64,000 bases of DNA, from the NCBI GenBank assembly GCA_016178505.1, contig JACOTG010000201.1, forward strand, positions 2,413 to 66,412, given 5' to 3'. The notes under the pieces are model-generated. The model was not told the DNA's origin and did not search any database. It saw only the letters and a program-made list of their open reading frames with translations. Origin of the DNA: Planctomycetota bacterium (lineage in GTDB: Bacteria; Planctomycetota; JACOTG01). Positions 19,404 through 29,664 of this stretch are shown in pieces; position 1 is the stretch's first letter; each line of letters begins with the position of its first letter. Both the position numbers and the translations under genes were made by a program.

Positions 19404-20306
19404 ATGGAGTCCGTCGAGGAACTTCGCGAGATCTGTCAAAGGCCCGTCGAGACGTTGAACGACCTTCCGGGGCGACTCTACGGGAACCGAATCTCGATCT
19501 ACGTCACGCGCTCGTTCTTGCAACTCGGAATCTCGGCGAACGCGGCAAGCGCTCTCATGGCGATCTTCGGGCTCGCCGGTGCCGGCCTCTTGGTGTTCGG
19601 CCGCGTCGTGGCCATCGCCGGGTTCGCCCTGTTGGAAATCTCATACATCCTCGACTGCGTCGACGGCGAGATCGCGCGCTACCAGCGCCGCACGTCACTG
19701 CTGGCGGCTGCGTACGACTACGTCACGCACCTCCTCATCAAGAGTGCGGCCTACATCTGCCTCGGCATCGGTTTGTTCGGCGAGCTGCACGAACCGTGGG
19801 TCTTGATCGCGGCGTTCGTCGCTCTTCTCGCAACGCTCCTCCAAAAGTTCCTTTGGGATCTCGCATCGATCCTTTTCTGCCGGAAGCTCCTGCTTCTTCC
19901 CGATCGCGAGGAAGCGATGCGATTCATCGAGGAGCTGATGCCCGAGGGCGTGCCGGAGGCGCCGCGCATCGTGCGCCGCGCGGGACTGCGCCGCGTGCTC
20001 GGTGCCGCCCGGTCGCTTTTCCTCAACTTCGACGTTGCGGTGATCTTGCTCCTGTTCGCGTCGGTTGCCGACGCCTTTGGCGCGCGCTGGACTGTCGGCC
20101 ACATCGTTCTCAACGCGAAGGCGACGCTCCTCTTGGCGCTCGCGATCGCGCTGCCCGTTCACTTCGTGGATTCGCTGATCACCTATGTTCGAAAGGGTCA
20201 CCTCCATCGCGACCTCCGACGCCTTACGGTGAGATCTCGGGAGATCGCCTCGCGCGAAGTTCGGCCCGCACGCGGTCGAGAAGCGAGCGCCGCTCCAATC
20301 GCGTGA
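19404..20306 (+). CDS. CDP-alcohol phosphatidyltransferase family protein
   Basis: Motif YILDCVDGEIARYQRRTSLLAAAYDYVTHLL (D-G-x2-A-R...G-x3-D-x3-D). Multiple TM helices. Start set at ATG of METMESVEEL; the upstream part of the ORF is Arg-rich and rejected. Confidence 0.6.
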   Translation: MESVEELREICQRPVETLNDLPGRLYGNRISIYVTRSFLQLGISANAASALMAIFGLAGAGLLVFGRVVAIAGFALLEISYILDCVDGEIARYQRRTSLLAAAYDYVTHLLIKSAAYICLGIGLFGELHEPWVLIAAFVALLATLLQKFLWDLASILFCRKLLLLPDREEAMRFIEELMPEGVPEAPRIVRRAGLRRVLGAARSLFLNFDVAVILLLFASVADAFGARWTVGHIVLNAKATLLLALAIALPVHFVDSLITYVRKGHLHRDLRRLTVRSREIASREVRPARGREASAAPIA

Positions 20307-21765
20307 ACGTCAGGAAGAACGCTGGCAGCCAAAAAAGCAGTAGCGACCCTCCGAAAACGGCGGCCAAACTTCCCCAATCGTCGATCGGCCCGATCCCGCG
20401 CACGGCCGCGAATCCGAGGACGAAGGCCGGCACCGCCGGCGTCATCGCCGGAACGATTGCCTCGCGAACATAGCTCGCCACCGACGTGCCGAGCGCGCGA
20501 CACGCGATGATGGGCAGGACGATGCCATTGGAGATGGCAAGGGGGATCGCCGTCCCGATCGCGACACCGAACAGTCCCATCGATCTCACGAGGGCAATCG
20601 AAAGGGCGAGGTTGGCGACGGCCTCGCCGACGTAGAGGAACGCGACGGCGCGGACGTGCCCGATCCCTTTGAGCACGGCGACGCCGGGCTGCTGCGCGAT
20701 CGCGAGAAACAGAGCGGACGTGAGCACGGCGAGTACCGGATAGGCGTCATCCGCGTAGGCCGCGCCGACCCATCGCCTCAGAAAGTCGTGACCCGCCGCG
20801 ACGAAGAAAAAGATGGCGGGAAGCGCGAGCACGATGACGCCCTTCGTCGCGATGAGATGGAGCCGACGAAGCGATTCTCGCTCCCGCCGAGCCTCGTAGC
20901 TCGCGGCGAGCGGCGTGAGGATCATGACGGCGGCCCACAAGAGGTCGTAGAGCGGGTCGACGAACTTGCGTCCAAAGTCGTAGGGCGTGACCTTCTCCGT
21001 GGAGAGAAACCGTCCGACGACGATGAGGTCCGTCGGTCCGATGACTTGGATCGAGGCGGCGATCAAGAAGGCGTAGACGTTGTACGACGCGATCTCTCGA
21101 AAGGCGGATGGTTCTGCCAGACGCATGCCGACGTCGACGCCCGGGAGGAGCCGTCGTGCGAGAACGGAGAGCCCGAGTCCGCGAAGCGTGCTTTCGATCA
21201 GGGACACGAGTGCGATCGTTCGCACGCCGAAACCCGCTCGTACGAGGAGAACGAGGAATACCGTCTTCACGCCGAGGAGCGCCATCGTCCACGCGTTGAT
21301 CGCGCCGTATCGCTGCAGTCCGACGAGCGATGCGTTCCAGACGGCAAACGCGAAAGTGATCGCGAGATCGATTCCCGCGAGCAGGAAGCAAACGCGCGCC
21401 TTGTCGACGACGTCGTGCGGGACGTGGAAGAGGTTCGGCACGAGCACGGTCCCAACGAGCGTCAGGAGGACGATCACGGCCGACGCGATCGCGAAGAAGA
21501 CTCGGCTCGTCGCTATCGTCCGCGATAGGCCGCCCGTGTTCGCCAATGCCGCATCGCGCGCGGTGAAGCGCACGACACCCGAGTTCATGCCGAGATCGAG
21601 GAGCTTGAAATAAGCGACGGTGCTCAGCAGCTCCGACCACAAACCGTAGTCGAACGGCCCCAGATGGCGGACGAGGAACGGCGAGAGGAAGAACGAGATG
21701 AGGGCGACGGCGAGGAATTTGGACCAGTTGGAGAAAACGCCGGAGAGAAGCCGAGGCTCGGCCAT
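20224..21765 (-). CDS. polysaccharide biosynthesis protein / oligosaccharide flippase (Wzx, MOP superfamily)
   Basis: 513 aa with about 12-14 TM helices. N-terminus FSNWSKFLAVALISFFLSPFLVRHLGPFDYGLW typical of Wzx-like flippases. 3' end overlaps the convergent gene by 83 nt. Confidence 0.7.
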   Translation of the reverse strand: MAEPRLLSGVFSNWSKFLAVALISFFLSPFLVRHLGPFDYGLWSELLSTVAYFKLLDLGMNSGVVRFTARDAALANTGGLSRTIATSRVFFAIASAVIVLLTLVGTVLVPNLFHVPHDVVDKARVCFLLAGIDLAITFAFAVWNASLVGLQRYGAINAWTMALLGVKTVFLVLLVRAGFGVRTIALVSLIESTLRGLGLSVLARRLLPGVDVGMRLAEPSAFREIASYNVYAFLIAASIQVIGPTDLIVVGRFLSTEKVTPYDFGRKFVDPLYDLLWAAVMILTPLAASYEARRERESLRRLHLIATKGVIVLALPAIFFFVAAGHDFLRRWVGAAYADDAYPVLAVLTSALFLAIAQQPGVAVLKGIGHVRAVAFLYVGEAVANLALSIALVRSMGLFGVAIGTAIPLAISNGIVLPIIACRALGTSVASYVREAIVPAMTPAVPAFVLGFAAVRGIGPIDDWGSLAAVFGGSLLLFWLPAFFLTFTRLERRSLLDRVRAELRARRSPEISP

Positions 21766-21801
21766 TCGCGGGGCGAAGGTATCAGACGGCGGGGCGGCGC
21801 G

Positions 21802-22503
21802 CTACGCGATCAACGCCGGAAGCTCCGTGAGGCGTCGGATGCGCAGGCCGTCGAACGGCACCGTGCCCGTGCGATCGAGGAACACGCCGGTCATCCCTTG
21901 AGACTGCGCGGCCCGCGCGTCCTTCTCGGGATGATCGCCGACGTGCATGGCGTCCTTGGCCGCGACGCCGATTCGTTCGAGTCCACGGCGGAAGAACTCG
22001 GGCGCGGGCTTTTCCATCTGTTCGCTGGCGGAGTCGAGCGTCACGGTGAACGCGTCGCCGAATCCGATGCCTCTGAGGATCTGCGGCAAGTCGACGCCCC
22101 AGTTCGACAGCACGCCGAGTCGAAGGCCGCGCTTTCGAAGCGTCGCCACGGCCTCGATCGCATCCGGGAACGCGACGAAGGTCTTGGGGTCGGCGAACGT
22201 CGCGAAGATCTTGGCAACGCACGGCTCGAGCTCGCCCCAGAACCCGACCTCGTCGAGAACGCGCTCGACGTAGCGACGGAACCACGCCGGTGAGAATCGG
22301 TAGCCGCCCTGCCAGACCAGCGGAAACGTTTTGTCCGCCGTTTCCATGACTTTCTTCATCAAGACGACGTCGACGGGATCGCCGAATTCGGAGGCGACGT
22401 GGGCATAGATCTCGTGGCGCGGTTGGCGAAGATCGAAGAGCGTTCCTCGGCCATCGAAGAAAACGGCCTTCACGCTGACGGGCACTTTCGTGGGCGTGGT
22501 CAT
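21802..22503 (-). CDS. HAD-superfamily hydrolase (haloacid dehalogenase-like phosphatase)
   Basis: VKAVFFDGRGTLFD (motif I DxD-type), LGVLSNW, VGDHPEKDARAAQSQGMTGVFL (motif IV). Start set to Met of MTTPTKVPV; the longer ORF N-terminus is Ser/Arg-rich junk. Confidence 0.65.
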   Translation of the reverse strand: MTTPTKVPVSVKAVFFDGRGTLFDLRQPRHEIYAHVASEFGDPVDVVLMKKVMETADKTFPLVWQGGYRFSPAWFRRYVERVLDEVGFWGELEPCVAKIFATFADPKTFVAFPDAIEAVATLRKRGLRLGVLSNWGVDLPQILRGIGFGDAFTVTLDSASEQMEKPAPEFFRRGLERIGVAAKDAMHVGDHPEKDARAAQSQGMTGVFLDRTGTVPFDGLRIRRLTELPALIA

Positions 22504-22549
22504 GGCGGAACTTCCTACCACGGGGTCGCAACGATGGCTACAGCCCCTC

Positions 22550-24988
22550 TCACTTGCCGGTAATGTAGCCCAATGCCCGCAAGCGCCGTCGCAATTCGTC
22601 GTCGAGGAAGCCTCGATTCCTCGGTTGATTCTCGGCGGTCCGATGGAGCCACTCGTCGAGGCGCTGGGACATTTGGCGCTCGACGTCGGGCTCGCTGCCC
22701 GAGACGTCCGTATGCTCGCCCGGGTCCGAGTCGAGGTGGAAGAACCGGAAGAGCGGCTCCAAGAGATCGATCCGCCAGAGCTTGCGGGCGCCCTGCCGGA
22801 TCGCGCTGATGCGGACGCGCTTCTTGAAAGACTCAGCATCTCGAAGCTCGCCGATGCCTTGCTCGGTGGTCGTGAACACCGGGCGGTCGGCGGCGCCGTT
22901 GGCGAGCACGTTGCAGCCCGCGATCGGGACGTCGAGAAGTGCGGCGAGCGTGGGCAGCACGTCTTCGCTTCCTACGGGCGTGTCGCTCTCGCCCGCCGCA
23001 ACCCTGCCAGGCCACCAGAAGACCAACGGCACGTGGACGGTTTCCTCGCTGACGTCGAACTCGTGCCCGAGGAATCCGTGTTCGCAAAATGCCTCACCGT
23101 GGTCGGACGTGAAGACGATCACGGTTCGATCGAGGATGCCGCGCGCGCGCAAGTCGTCGCGGAGCCGGCCGAAGCACTCGTCGAAGTACCCGATCTCCCC
23201 GTCGTAGCGGTCACGAATGAGGTCGATTTCTTCGGGCGTGAGCGCCAGACGTTGTCCTTGTTGGAGCGCTGCGTTGAACGCGTTCACCCGGGAGTTCACC
23301 GTGGCACCGAGACGGGTGGCGACCTCGGGCGACGCGAAGCGGTTGAGCCACGAGCCGGGCGCTCCGTAGGGCTGGTGCGGGTCGAAGTAGTGGAGATAGG
23401 CGAAGAACCGCGACTGAGAGTTTTGGTCGAGCCAATTCTCGAAGGCGCGGTTCACCTCTTCGGCACGAAGGCCGACGAGCTCCTGGAATTCATCGAATCC
23501 GCGGGCATAGCCGCCGTCGCGCGTGATCCACGGGTTCGTCACGAACGCCGCCGTGGAAAAGCCACGAGCTTGGAATCGCTCGGCTCCGTGTTGCACGTCT
23601 TCGGTGATTCGCGCGCGGTCGTAGGCGATTGCGCCGTGCTCGAGCGGCGGGAGAGCGGTGAGGATCGTTGTCGTCGACGGCACCGTCCACGACGACGCGG
23701 CAGTACACCGCCGGAAGAGAAGGCCCTGCGACGCCAGGCGATCGACGTTCGGGCTCGTATGTCGCGTGGACCCGTAGCAGCCGAGATGGTCGGCACGCAG
23801 CGTGTCGACGAGCACGAAGATCACGTTTGGCTTGCCCGAGTCGGCCACGTCCCTAGCGACCGTCCGCTCGCGAATCAGCGCGGCTCGCGTCCAGAAGAGC
23901 GGTGCGTATCCGTTGCGCCCATCGGCCCAGCTCGTCTGGAGAACGACCGGCGCCGGTTCGTTCGATAGTCCTGCGACGCGGAACCGCTTCGAATGCAAGC
24001 GCTGCAACGCGGCTTCCGTCATCGAGACTCGCTCTCGCAATTGCTCGCGGCCCGCGACGGACACGATGAACTCGACGTCGCCCTCAGCCGGGATGACGTC
24101 GTCTGGATGCAGGGCACGCGCGATTTTGGCGAGGGCACCGAATTCCACTTCCAGTGCCGCGCCTGCCGGCAGCGTCACCATCGCCGAGAGTCGCGAATCG
24201 GGCGGCATCTCGAGAAGCGGCTTGCCGTCGCCCTTGCCGACGACGACCGTGTTCGCCTTCAAGTCGTCGTATCCGTCCGTGCGGACGACCGCGCCGGTTG
24301 CCCACTCGGCGCGGAAGTCGCGCACGAGGTCGATCTGTGGAGTGTCGAGGACGATGAGAGCGTCGTCGCCCTCGAGCAGAGTTCCGTTCGAGAGGAAGAG
24401 CGGGTTTGCGAAACCGGCGAGCACGCTCGTGTCGTCGGGATGTCCAAGCCCGGCGGCGCGCATCTCGAGGTCGACCGTCCGGCCGCGAAAGCGCGAAAGG
24501 TCGAGGTCGGGGAGGTCGCGCCATGCGCGGTCCTCGCCGCGCTCGCCGGGGCGAAGTTCGACCACGAGCACCTCTTCGCCGCCCGCGAGAATCGAGAGGC
24601 GCGTCGCCGACGTTGGCTTTCCCCAGGACGCCGGATCGACGGCGGCACCGGCGAGAAGTCGCGCGCCCTCGCCGAGCACGAACGATGGGAACGTGACGCG
24701 CATGCCTTGCTGCAGTCGAATGACCTTTCGTGCTTCCTGGTTCACGAAGAACACAGGCACGCTGCGCAGGTCGGGGACGTCGGGCTCCATGCGGACGCGC
24801 GGGTTGGTGGAGTAGTCGCCTACGAGGTCGCGGGACGTGTTCGATCGGAAATGGGTGTCGCCGTGTTTGCCGTGGCAGCTCCCGGACACCATCGCGCCTG
24901 CAACGCAACACGCGGCGAGAACGACCACCGTCAACACATGGGTCGATCGGCGCGATGCCGGGGTTTTCGGGCCGGGACGGTGTGACAA
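22550..24988 (-). CDS. sulfatase-like hydrolase/transferase (alkaline-phosphatase superfamily) with ~350-aa N-terminal extra domain
   Basis: NVIFVLVDTLRADHLGCYG...NVDRLASQGLLFRRCTAASSWTVPSTTTILTAL matches the sulfatase-family N-terminal core. The canonical C/S-x-P-x-R is replaced by S-W-T-V-P-S. Signal peptide present. Confidence 0.6.
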   Translation of the reverse strand: MSHRPGPKTPASRRSTHVLTVVVLAACCVAGAMVSGSCHGKHGDTHFRSNTSRDLVGDYSTNPRVRMEPDVPDLRSVPVFFVNQEARKVIRLQQGMRVTFPSFVLGEGARLLAGAAVDPASWGKPTSATRLSILAGGEEVLVVELRPGERGEDRAWRDLPDLDLSRFRGRTVDLEMRAAGLGHPDDTSVLAGFANPLFLSNGTLLEGDDALIVLDTPQIDLVRDFRAEWATGAVVRTDGYDDLKANTVVVGKGDGKPLLEMPPDSRLSAMVTLPAGAALEVEFGALAKIARALHPDDVIPAEGDVEFIVSVAGREQLRERVSMTEAALQRLHSKRFRVAGLSNEPAPVVLQTSWADGRNGYAPLFWTRAALIRERTVARDVADSGKPNVIFVLVDTLRADHLGCYGSTRHTSPNVDRLASQGLLFRRCTAASSWTVPSTTTILTALPPLEHGAIAYDRARITEDVQHGAERFQARGFSTAAFVTNPWITRDGGYARGFDEFQELVGLRAEEVNRAFENWLDQNSQSRFFAYLHYFDPHQPYGAPGSWLNRFASPEVATRLGATVNSRVNAFNAALQQGQRLALTPEEIDLIRDRYDGEIGYFDECFGRLRDDLRARGILDRTVIVFTSDHGEAFCEHGFLGHEFDVSEETVHVPLVFWWPGRVAAGESDTPVGSEDVLPTLAALLDVPIAGCNVLANGAADRPVFTTTEQGIGELRDAESFKKRVRISAIRQGARKLWRIDLLEPLFRFFHLDSDPGEHTDVSGSEPDVERQMSQRLDEWLHRTAENQPRNRGFLDDELRRRLRALGYITGK

Positions 24989-25081
24989 GGAGCCTCCAAG
25001 GGTTTGCGCCGCGCCGACATCTTATTCCGAAAGGAGCCGGGCATCATCTGCCGATGGTATCGGACGCGAAAGGAGTCGAGC

Positions 25082-27088
25082 TTGCCCCGAGATCTCCCCA
25101 TCGGAAACGGAACCGTGCTCGTGAACTTCGACACGGTCCACCACGTCGTTCGCGACATCTATTTCCCGAGCGTCGGCCTGGAAAACCACACGATCGGCCA
25201 CCGCCAGGCGTTTGGCGTGTGGGTCGACGGACAGTTCGCTTGGATTTGGGACGGTTGGACGATCACGCGTCGATACGAAACGGACACGCTGGTCACGAAC
25301 GTCGTCGCGCGACACGATGTGCTCGGCATCGAACTGCGGATTCGCGATGCCGTCGACTTCCACCTTTGGGCGTATTTGCGCGAGATCGACGTCACGGATT
25401 TCCACGGTCAGGACCGCGAGGTGCGTCTCTTCTTCCATCTCGACCTGCACATCTCGGGCAGCGAGGTCGGCGACACGGCGCACTACGATCCGGTCACGCA
25501 GTCCGTCGTGCACTACAAGGGCGCGCGCTATTTCCTGCACGGCGCGGCCGTCGAGGGCCGTCCGGGCATTCACCAGTGGGCGTGCGGCGCCAAGGAGATC
25601 AACGGTGCCGAAGGAACGTGGCGGGACGCCGAGGACGGGCGGCTCGAGGGCAATCCGATCGCTCAGGGCGCCGTCGACTCGACGGTTGGCGTCACGGTGC
25701 GCGTGCCCGCGTTCGGCACGTCGCAGGCCCATTACTGGCTCGTCTTCCACAATGAGTATCGGGGCATCGCCAAGCTCGACCAGCTCGTGAAGGAGAAGGG
25801 CCCGAGTGCGCTGATCCATCGCACAGCCGCTTATTGGCGCGTCTGGTTGAATCGCGAGGACTGGAAGCTCGCCGGCCTGCCCGAGCGCGGCGTGCGCCTC
25901 TTCAAGCATAGTCTGCTGGTCCTGCGAACCCAGATCGACAACGGCGGCGCGATCATCGCGGCCAACGATCACGACATCACACAGTTCGCACGCGACACCT
26001 ACTCGTACTGCTGGCCGCGCGACGGGGCGCTCGTCGCTCACGCGCTGTCGATGGCGGGATTTGGCGAGGTTTCGCGCCGGTTCTTCGAGTTCTGCAAGAA
26101 GGTCATTCGCGAGGACGGCTGCTTCCTGCACAAGTACAACCCCGACGGTACACTCGCCTCGTCGTGGCATCCCTGGTATCGAAGCGGCCAGCCGGAGCTC
26201 CCGATCCAGGAAGACGAGACAGCGCTCGTCGTATGGGCACTTTGGAAGCACTTCGAGCGTTATCGCGACACCGAGTTTCTCACGCCGCTCTATCGCCATC
26301 TCGTTCTGAACGCCGGCGACTTCCTCGTTCGTCACCGCGACTCGGCGACCAAGCTTCCGTTGCCATCGCACGACCTGTGGGAGGAGCGATACGGCGTCCA
26401 CCTCTTCACGATCGCGGCGGTGGTCGGCGGACTCCGCGCGGCGGCGAACTTCGCGCGGACCTTCGACGACGTGACGAACGCTCGGCGCTATGCCGCCGCG
26501 GCCGATGAGGTCATCGAGGGACTCGGCCATTTCTTCTGGCACGAGGAGGAGCGTCGCTTCGCACGGATGGGAACCCGCAACGAGCGCGGCTACACCCTCG
26601 ACATGTGCACGGATGCCTCGGCGTACGGACTCTTCGCGTTCGGCGCGCTCCCCGCGAACGACCCGCGAGTCGTCGCGATGATGGAGGCCGTGCGCGAGCG
26701 GCTCACCGTGCGCACGCCGGTCGGTGGCGTTGCCCGCTACGAAAACGACCACTATCACCGCGTAGCGGACGACTCGTCAAAGGTTCCCGGCAACCCGTGG
26801 TTCATCTGCACGCTCTGGCTCGCACAGTTCGAGATCGCGCGCGCGACGAGCATCGACGAGCTGCAGCGTGAAACGCTGCCGATCCTCGAATGGGTGTGCG
26901 ACCACTGCCTTCCGACCGGCATCCTTGCCGAGCAGGTCCACCCGTTCGACAACCGACCGATCTCGGTCTCGCCGCTCACCTGGAGTCACGCGACCTACGT
27001 GACGACCGTCCTCCAGTACGCGGAGAAGCACCGCCGCCTCTCGACCCCGCACCGCCGCGCCAACGACACGCGCATCCCGATCGCGTAA
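25082..27088 (+). CDS. glycoside hydrolase family 15 (glucoamylase/glucodextranase-like)
   Basis: RDLPIGNGTVLVNFD N-terminus and (alpha/alpha)6 barrel-region motifs (WPRDGA, HLFT.AAVVGGL) characteristic of GH15. TTG start chosen at 25082. Confidence 0.65.
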   Translation: MPRDLPIGNGTVLVNFDTVHHVVRDIYFPSVGLENHTIGHRQAFGVWVDGQFAWIWDGWTITRRYETDTLVTNVVARHDVLGIELRIRDAVDFHLWAYLREIDVTDFHGQDREVRLFFHLDLHISGSEVGDTAHYDPVTQSVVHYKGARYFLHGAAVEGRPGIHQWACGAKEINGAEGTWRDAEDGRLEGNPIAQGAVDSTVGVTVRVPAFGTSQAHYWLVFHNEYRGIAKLDQLVKEKGPSALIHRTAAYWRVWLNREDWKLAGLPERGVRLFKHSLLVLRTQIDNGGAIIAANDHDITQFARDTYSYCWPRDGALVAHALSMAGFGEVSRRFFEFCKKVIREDGCFLHKYNPDGTLASSWHPWYRSGQPELPIQEDETALVVWALWKHFERYRDTEFLTPLYRHLVLNAGDFLVRHRDSATKLPLPSHDLWEERYGVHLFTIAAVVGGLRAAANFARTFDDVTNARRYAAAADEVIEGLGHFFWHEEERRFARMGTRNERGYTLDMCTDASAYGLFAFGALPANDPRVVAMMEAVRERLTVRTPVGGVARYENDHYHRVADDSSKVPGNPWFICTLWLAQFEIARATSIDELQRETLPILEWVCDHCLPTGILAEQVHPFDNRPISVSPLTWSHATYVTTVLQYAEKHRRLSTPHRRANDTRIPIA

Positions 27089-27094
27089 GGGTTC

Positions 27095-28537
27095 TCAAGG
27101 ATGCCGAAGGTCCGAGCCGGCGATCTTGCGGCGCAACCGCGCGAGGTATGCTCGCGCGATTCGCTGGCGGAGGGGAGCGTCGGGAAAGGTGATCGTCGGA
27201 TCAGAGAATCCAGCCCAGCCAAAGCGCACGTCGGCGGCCTCCGTGCGAAATGCAAGCGAGATCGTGCGACCGGCGAAGGGCCCGAGGTCGACCTCGACGG
27301 GATGCCAGCGACGATCGGCGGCAATGTTCTTCGGATCGACGAACTGGGAGCGAAGATCCGTGCGCTTGCCCCCCGCGAACGCGGCGATCGTGAACGTGAC
27401 GCCGGCGCCTTTGTCGGGGCTCCAGACGTCTGGGTTGAGCGCGAACGCGGTGCGCAGCGTCGCCGCGCGCGGCACGCGCACGCGAAACCGCACCTCGCTC
27501 ACCGGATGCACCAGCAGCGTCGGTCGTGGGTCGCCGCCGACCGTGAACACCGTTTCATAAACGCTCGTGCGATCTCCTGCGACCACCTGCGCTCGCGCGA
27601 GTCGACGCAAGAGCCGAAACGTTCCGCCCGTTTCGTACGGATCGTATGCGGCGAGCGCCGCGCCAATCACCCCTGCGCCGGCGATGAGCGGCGCCTTCAC
27701 GCCCCACCCGAATCGCTTTCCTTCGTCGATCGGACTTTCGGCGACGACGCGCTCGTTCTCGCGCCACTCGTAGCGGAACGACGCCACCATGTCGGCGACG
27801 GTGTGGAAGTACACGAGCCCGAACCAATCCCGCGCGCACCACTGGTCGAGGTAGAGACGCCGAAACGTATGGCGGATCGTCGGCCGGTGCGAGTGATAGA
27901 CGAGCGAGCGCGGCTCGAAGACGACGCGATGTCCCGCTAGAATCGCCTTCCGGCTCCAGTCGACGTCCTCGGCCCACAAGTTCTCTGCAATCGGAATCCG
28001 CTCCCACACGGATCGGCGCCGCGCGGACGACACGTCGTCGAAATTGCAAAGCATCCGGCGCTGCTTCGGCGTGAGCTCGGCGAACGCTTCCGGCGAAGCG
28101 ATCTCGGAGACCCGCGGCTCTGCCGCCGACGTCATCCACGCGAGCAGCTGGCGGCGCTCGACGGGGTCCGCCGCTTCTCTCGGGAGCTGGCGGCTGTAGG
28201 CGCCGGCCACGCGCGGGTCGCGATCGAAGTTCTCGACGAGCATCGAGAGCCACGCCGAATCGGCCGGCATCGCGTCCGCGACGAGACAGACCAAGATCTC
28301 GCCCGTGGCCGCCTGGCATCCGAGGTTTCGCGTGGCGCCGTGGTTGAACTGAGTGGGCCGGATCTCGATGAGGCGAGCCGGCGTGCGGCGCACGATCTCC
28401 TGCGAGCCGTCGGTGGATCCGGAATCGATGACGATCACCTCGAACGGGGCGGGGAAGTCCTGCGAAAAGACGGCGTCGAGGAGTCGCGGCAAGTTTGCCG
28501 CCTCGTTCTTCGCCGGGATGACGATCGAGACTTTCAG
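27095..28537 (-). CDS. glycosyltransferase family 2 with C-terminal TM and extra domain (start codon uncertain, overlaps the upstream stop)
   Basis: KVSIVIPAKNEAANLPRLLDAVFSQDF...EVIVIDSGSTDGS (GT2 motifs). No in-frame ATG near the domain start. The upstream ORF portion overlaps the epimerase gene in another frame. Confidence 0.5.
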   Translation of the reverse strand: MKVSIVIPAKNEAANLPRLLDAVFSQDFPAPFEVIVIDSGSTDGSQEIVRRTPARLIEIRPTQFNHGATRNLGCQAATGEILVCLVADAMPADSAWLSMLVENFDRDPRVAGAYSRQLPREAADPVERRQLLAWMTSAAEPRVSEIASPEAFAELTPKQRRMLCNFDDVSSARRRSVWERIPIAENLWAEDVDWSRKAILAGHRVVFEPRSLVYHSHRPTIRHTFRRLYLDQWCARDWFGLVYFHTVADMVASFRYEWRENERVVAESPIDEGKRFGWGVKAPLIAGAGVIGAALAAYDPYETGGTFRLLRRLARAQVVAGDRTSVYETVFTVGGDPRPTLLVHPVSEVRFRVRVPRAATLRTAFALNPDVWSPDKGAGVTFTIAAFAGGKRTDLRSQFVDPKNIAADRRWHPVEVDLGPFAGRTISLAFRTEAADVRFGWAGFSDPTITFPDAPLRQRIARAYLARLRRKIAGSDLRHP

Positions 28538-29661
28538 TGCGTGAGGCCTCGGGCGTCCAGTTCCTTCTTCGCCGAGTCGAACCGGTCGGCTGCGGTCTGC
28601 GTCCGCACCCAGCCGAGGAGATCGTCGACGCCTTTCTCGAACGCGACTTTTGGCCGGAATCCGAGGAGCTGGGTCGCTCGTGAGATGTCGGCGGCGCAGT
28701 GGCGGATGTCGCCCTCTCGGAACTTGTGCTCGACCGACGGCGTCAGCCCGCGCCCCGGCTGCAGCTTCGAGATGAGCAAGTTCGACAGCTCGAGCACCGA
28801 GAAACGGCGACCCGTGCCGATGTTCACCGGTTCGTAATCGGCGCCGCTCGTCTCGAGCGCGAGCACGTTCGCCTGCGCGATGTCCGAGACGTGCACGAAG
28901 TCCCTCGTCTGCAAACCGTCCTCGAACACGACGGGTCGTTGCCCGTTCAGCAAGCGTCCCGAAAAGATCGCCGCGACGCCGGTGTACGGGTTCGAGAGCG
29001 CTTGGCGCGGGCCGTAGACGTTGAAGTACCGCAGCGCGATGGTGGGGATGCGGTACGACCATCCCACCGACAGGCACAGCTCCTCCTGATCACGCTTCGT
29101 CACGGCGTAGACCGACGTCGGTACGAGCGGCTTCTGCTCGTCGGTCCCCACGGGCTCGAGCGTGCCGTGGCCGTTCGGGCACTCCACTTCCCAACGACGC
29201 GCTTCGAGCTGTGCGCGCGGCCGCAGCTTCGGCGCGAGATCGCCGCACGTCTTGCATCGGTAGCGGCCCTCGCCGTAAATCGACATCGACGACGCGACGA
29301 CGAGCTTCTTGATCCGGTCGCGACGCTTCACGATCGCTTCGAGCAGACGCGCGGTGCCCACGCAGTTCGCTTCGGTGTAGGCATCGATTTGGTACATCGA
29401 CTGCCCGACACCAACCTTCGCCGCGAGGTGCAGCACCCAGTCGATTCCGTCGAGCGCGCGCTCGACGGCGGTGCGATCGAGCACGTCACCGCGCTGGAAC
29501 TCGACCTTCTTCGAGAGGTAGTCGGGCGGCCCCGAGAGGGAGCCGTGGACTTGAGGATCCAGGCTGTCGAGCACGCGGATCACGTGCCCGCGAGGCAAGA
29601 GCGCGTCGATCGTGTGCGAGCCGATGAACCCGGCGCCGCCCGTGACGAGAACGTGTGCCAT
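28534..29661 (-). CDS. NAD-dependent epimerase/dehydratase (SDR; UDP-glucuronate decarboxylase / dTDP-glucose dehydratase-like) with a ~35-aa Zn-ribbon insertion
   Basis: VLVTGGAGFIGSH. Catalytic YAVTK. Insertion YRCKTCGDLAPKLRPRAQLEARRWEVECPNGHG (C-x2-C...C-x3-H) between the Ser and Tyr-x3-Lys regions. Confidence 0.75.
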   Translation of the reverse strand: MAHVLVTGGAGFIGSHTIDALLPRGHVIRVLDSLDPQVHGSLSGPPDYLSKKVEFQRGDVLDRTAVERALDGIDWVLHLAAKVGVGQSMYQIDAYTEANCVGTARLLEAIVKRRDRIKKLVVASSMSIYGEGRYRCKTCGDLAPKLRPRAQLEARRWEVECPNGHGTLEPVGTDEQKPLVPTSVYAVTKRDQEELCLSVGWSYRIPTIALRYFNVYGPRQALSNPYTGVAAIFSGRLLNGQRPVVFEDGLQTRDFVHVSDIAQANVLALETSGADYEPVNIGTGRRFSVLELSNLLISKLQPGRGLTPSVEHKFREGDIRHCAADISRATQLLGFRPKVAFEKGVDDLLGWVRTQTAADRFDSAKKELDARGLTH

Positions 29662-29664
29662 CCG

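Noticed and set aside
22490-23968. 492-aa + ORF
   Set aside because: Antisense to the sulfatase-family gene.
25022-26758. 578-aa - ORF
   Set aside because: Antisense to GH15 gene with clear family motifs.
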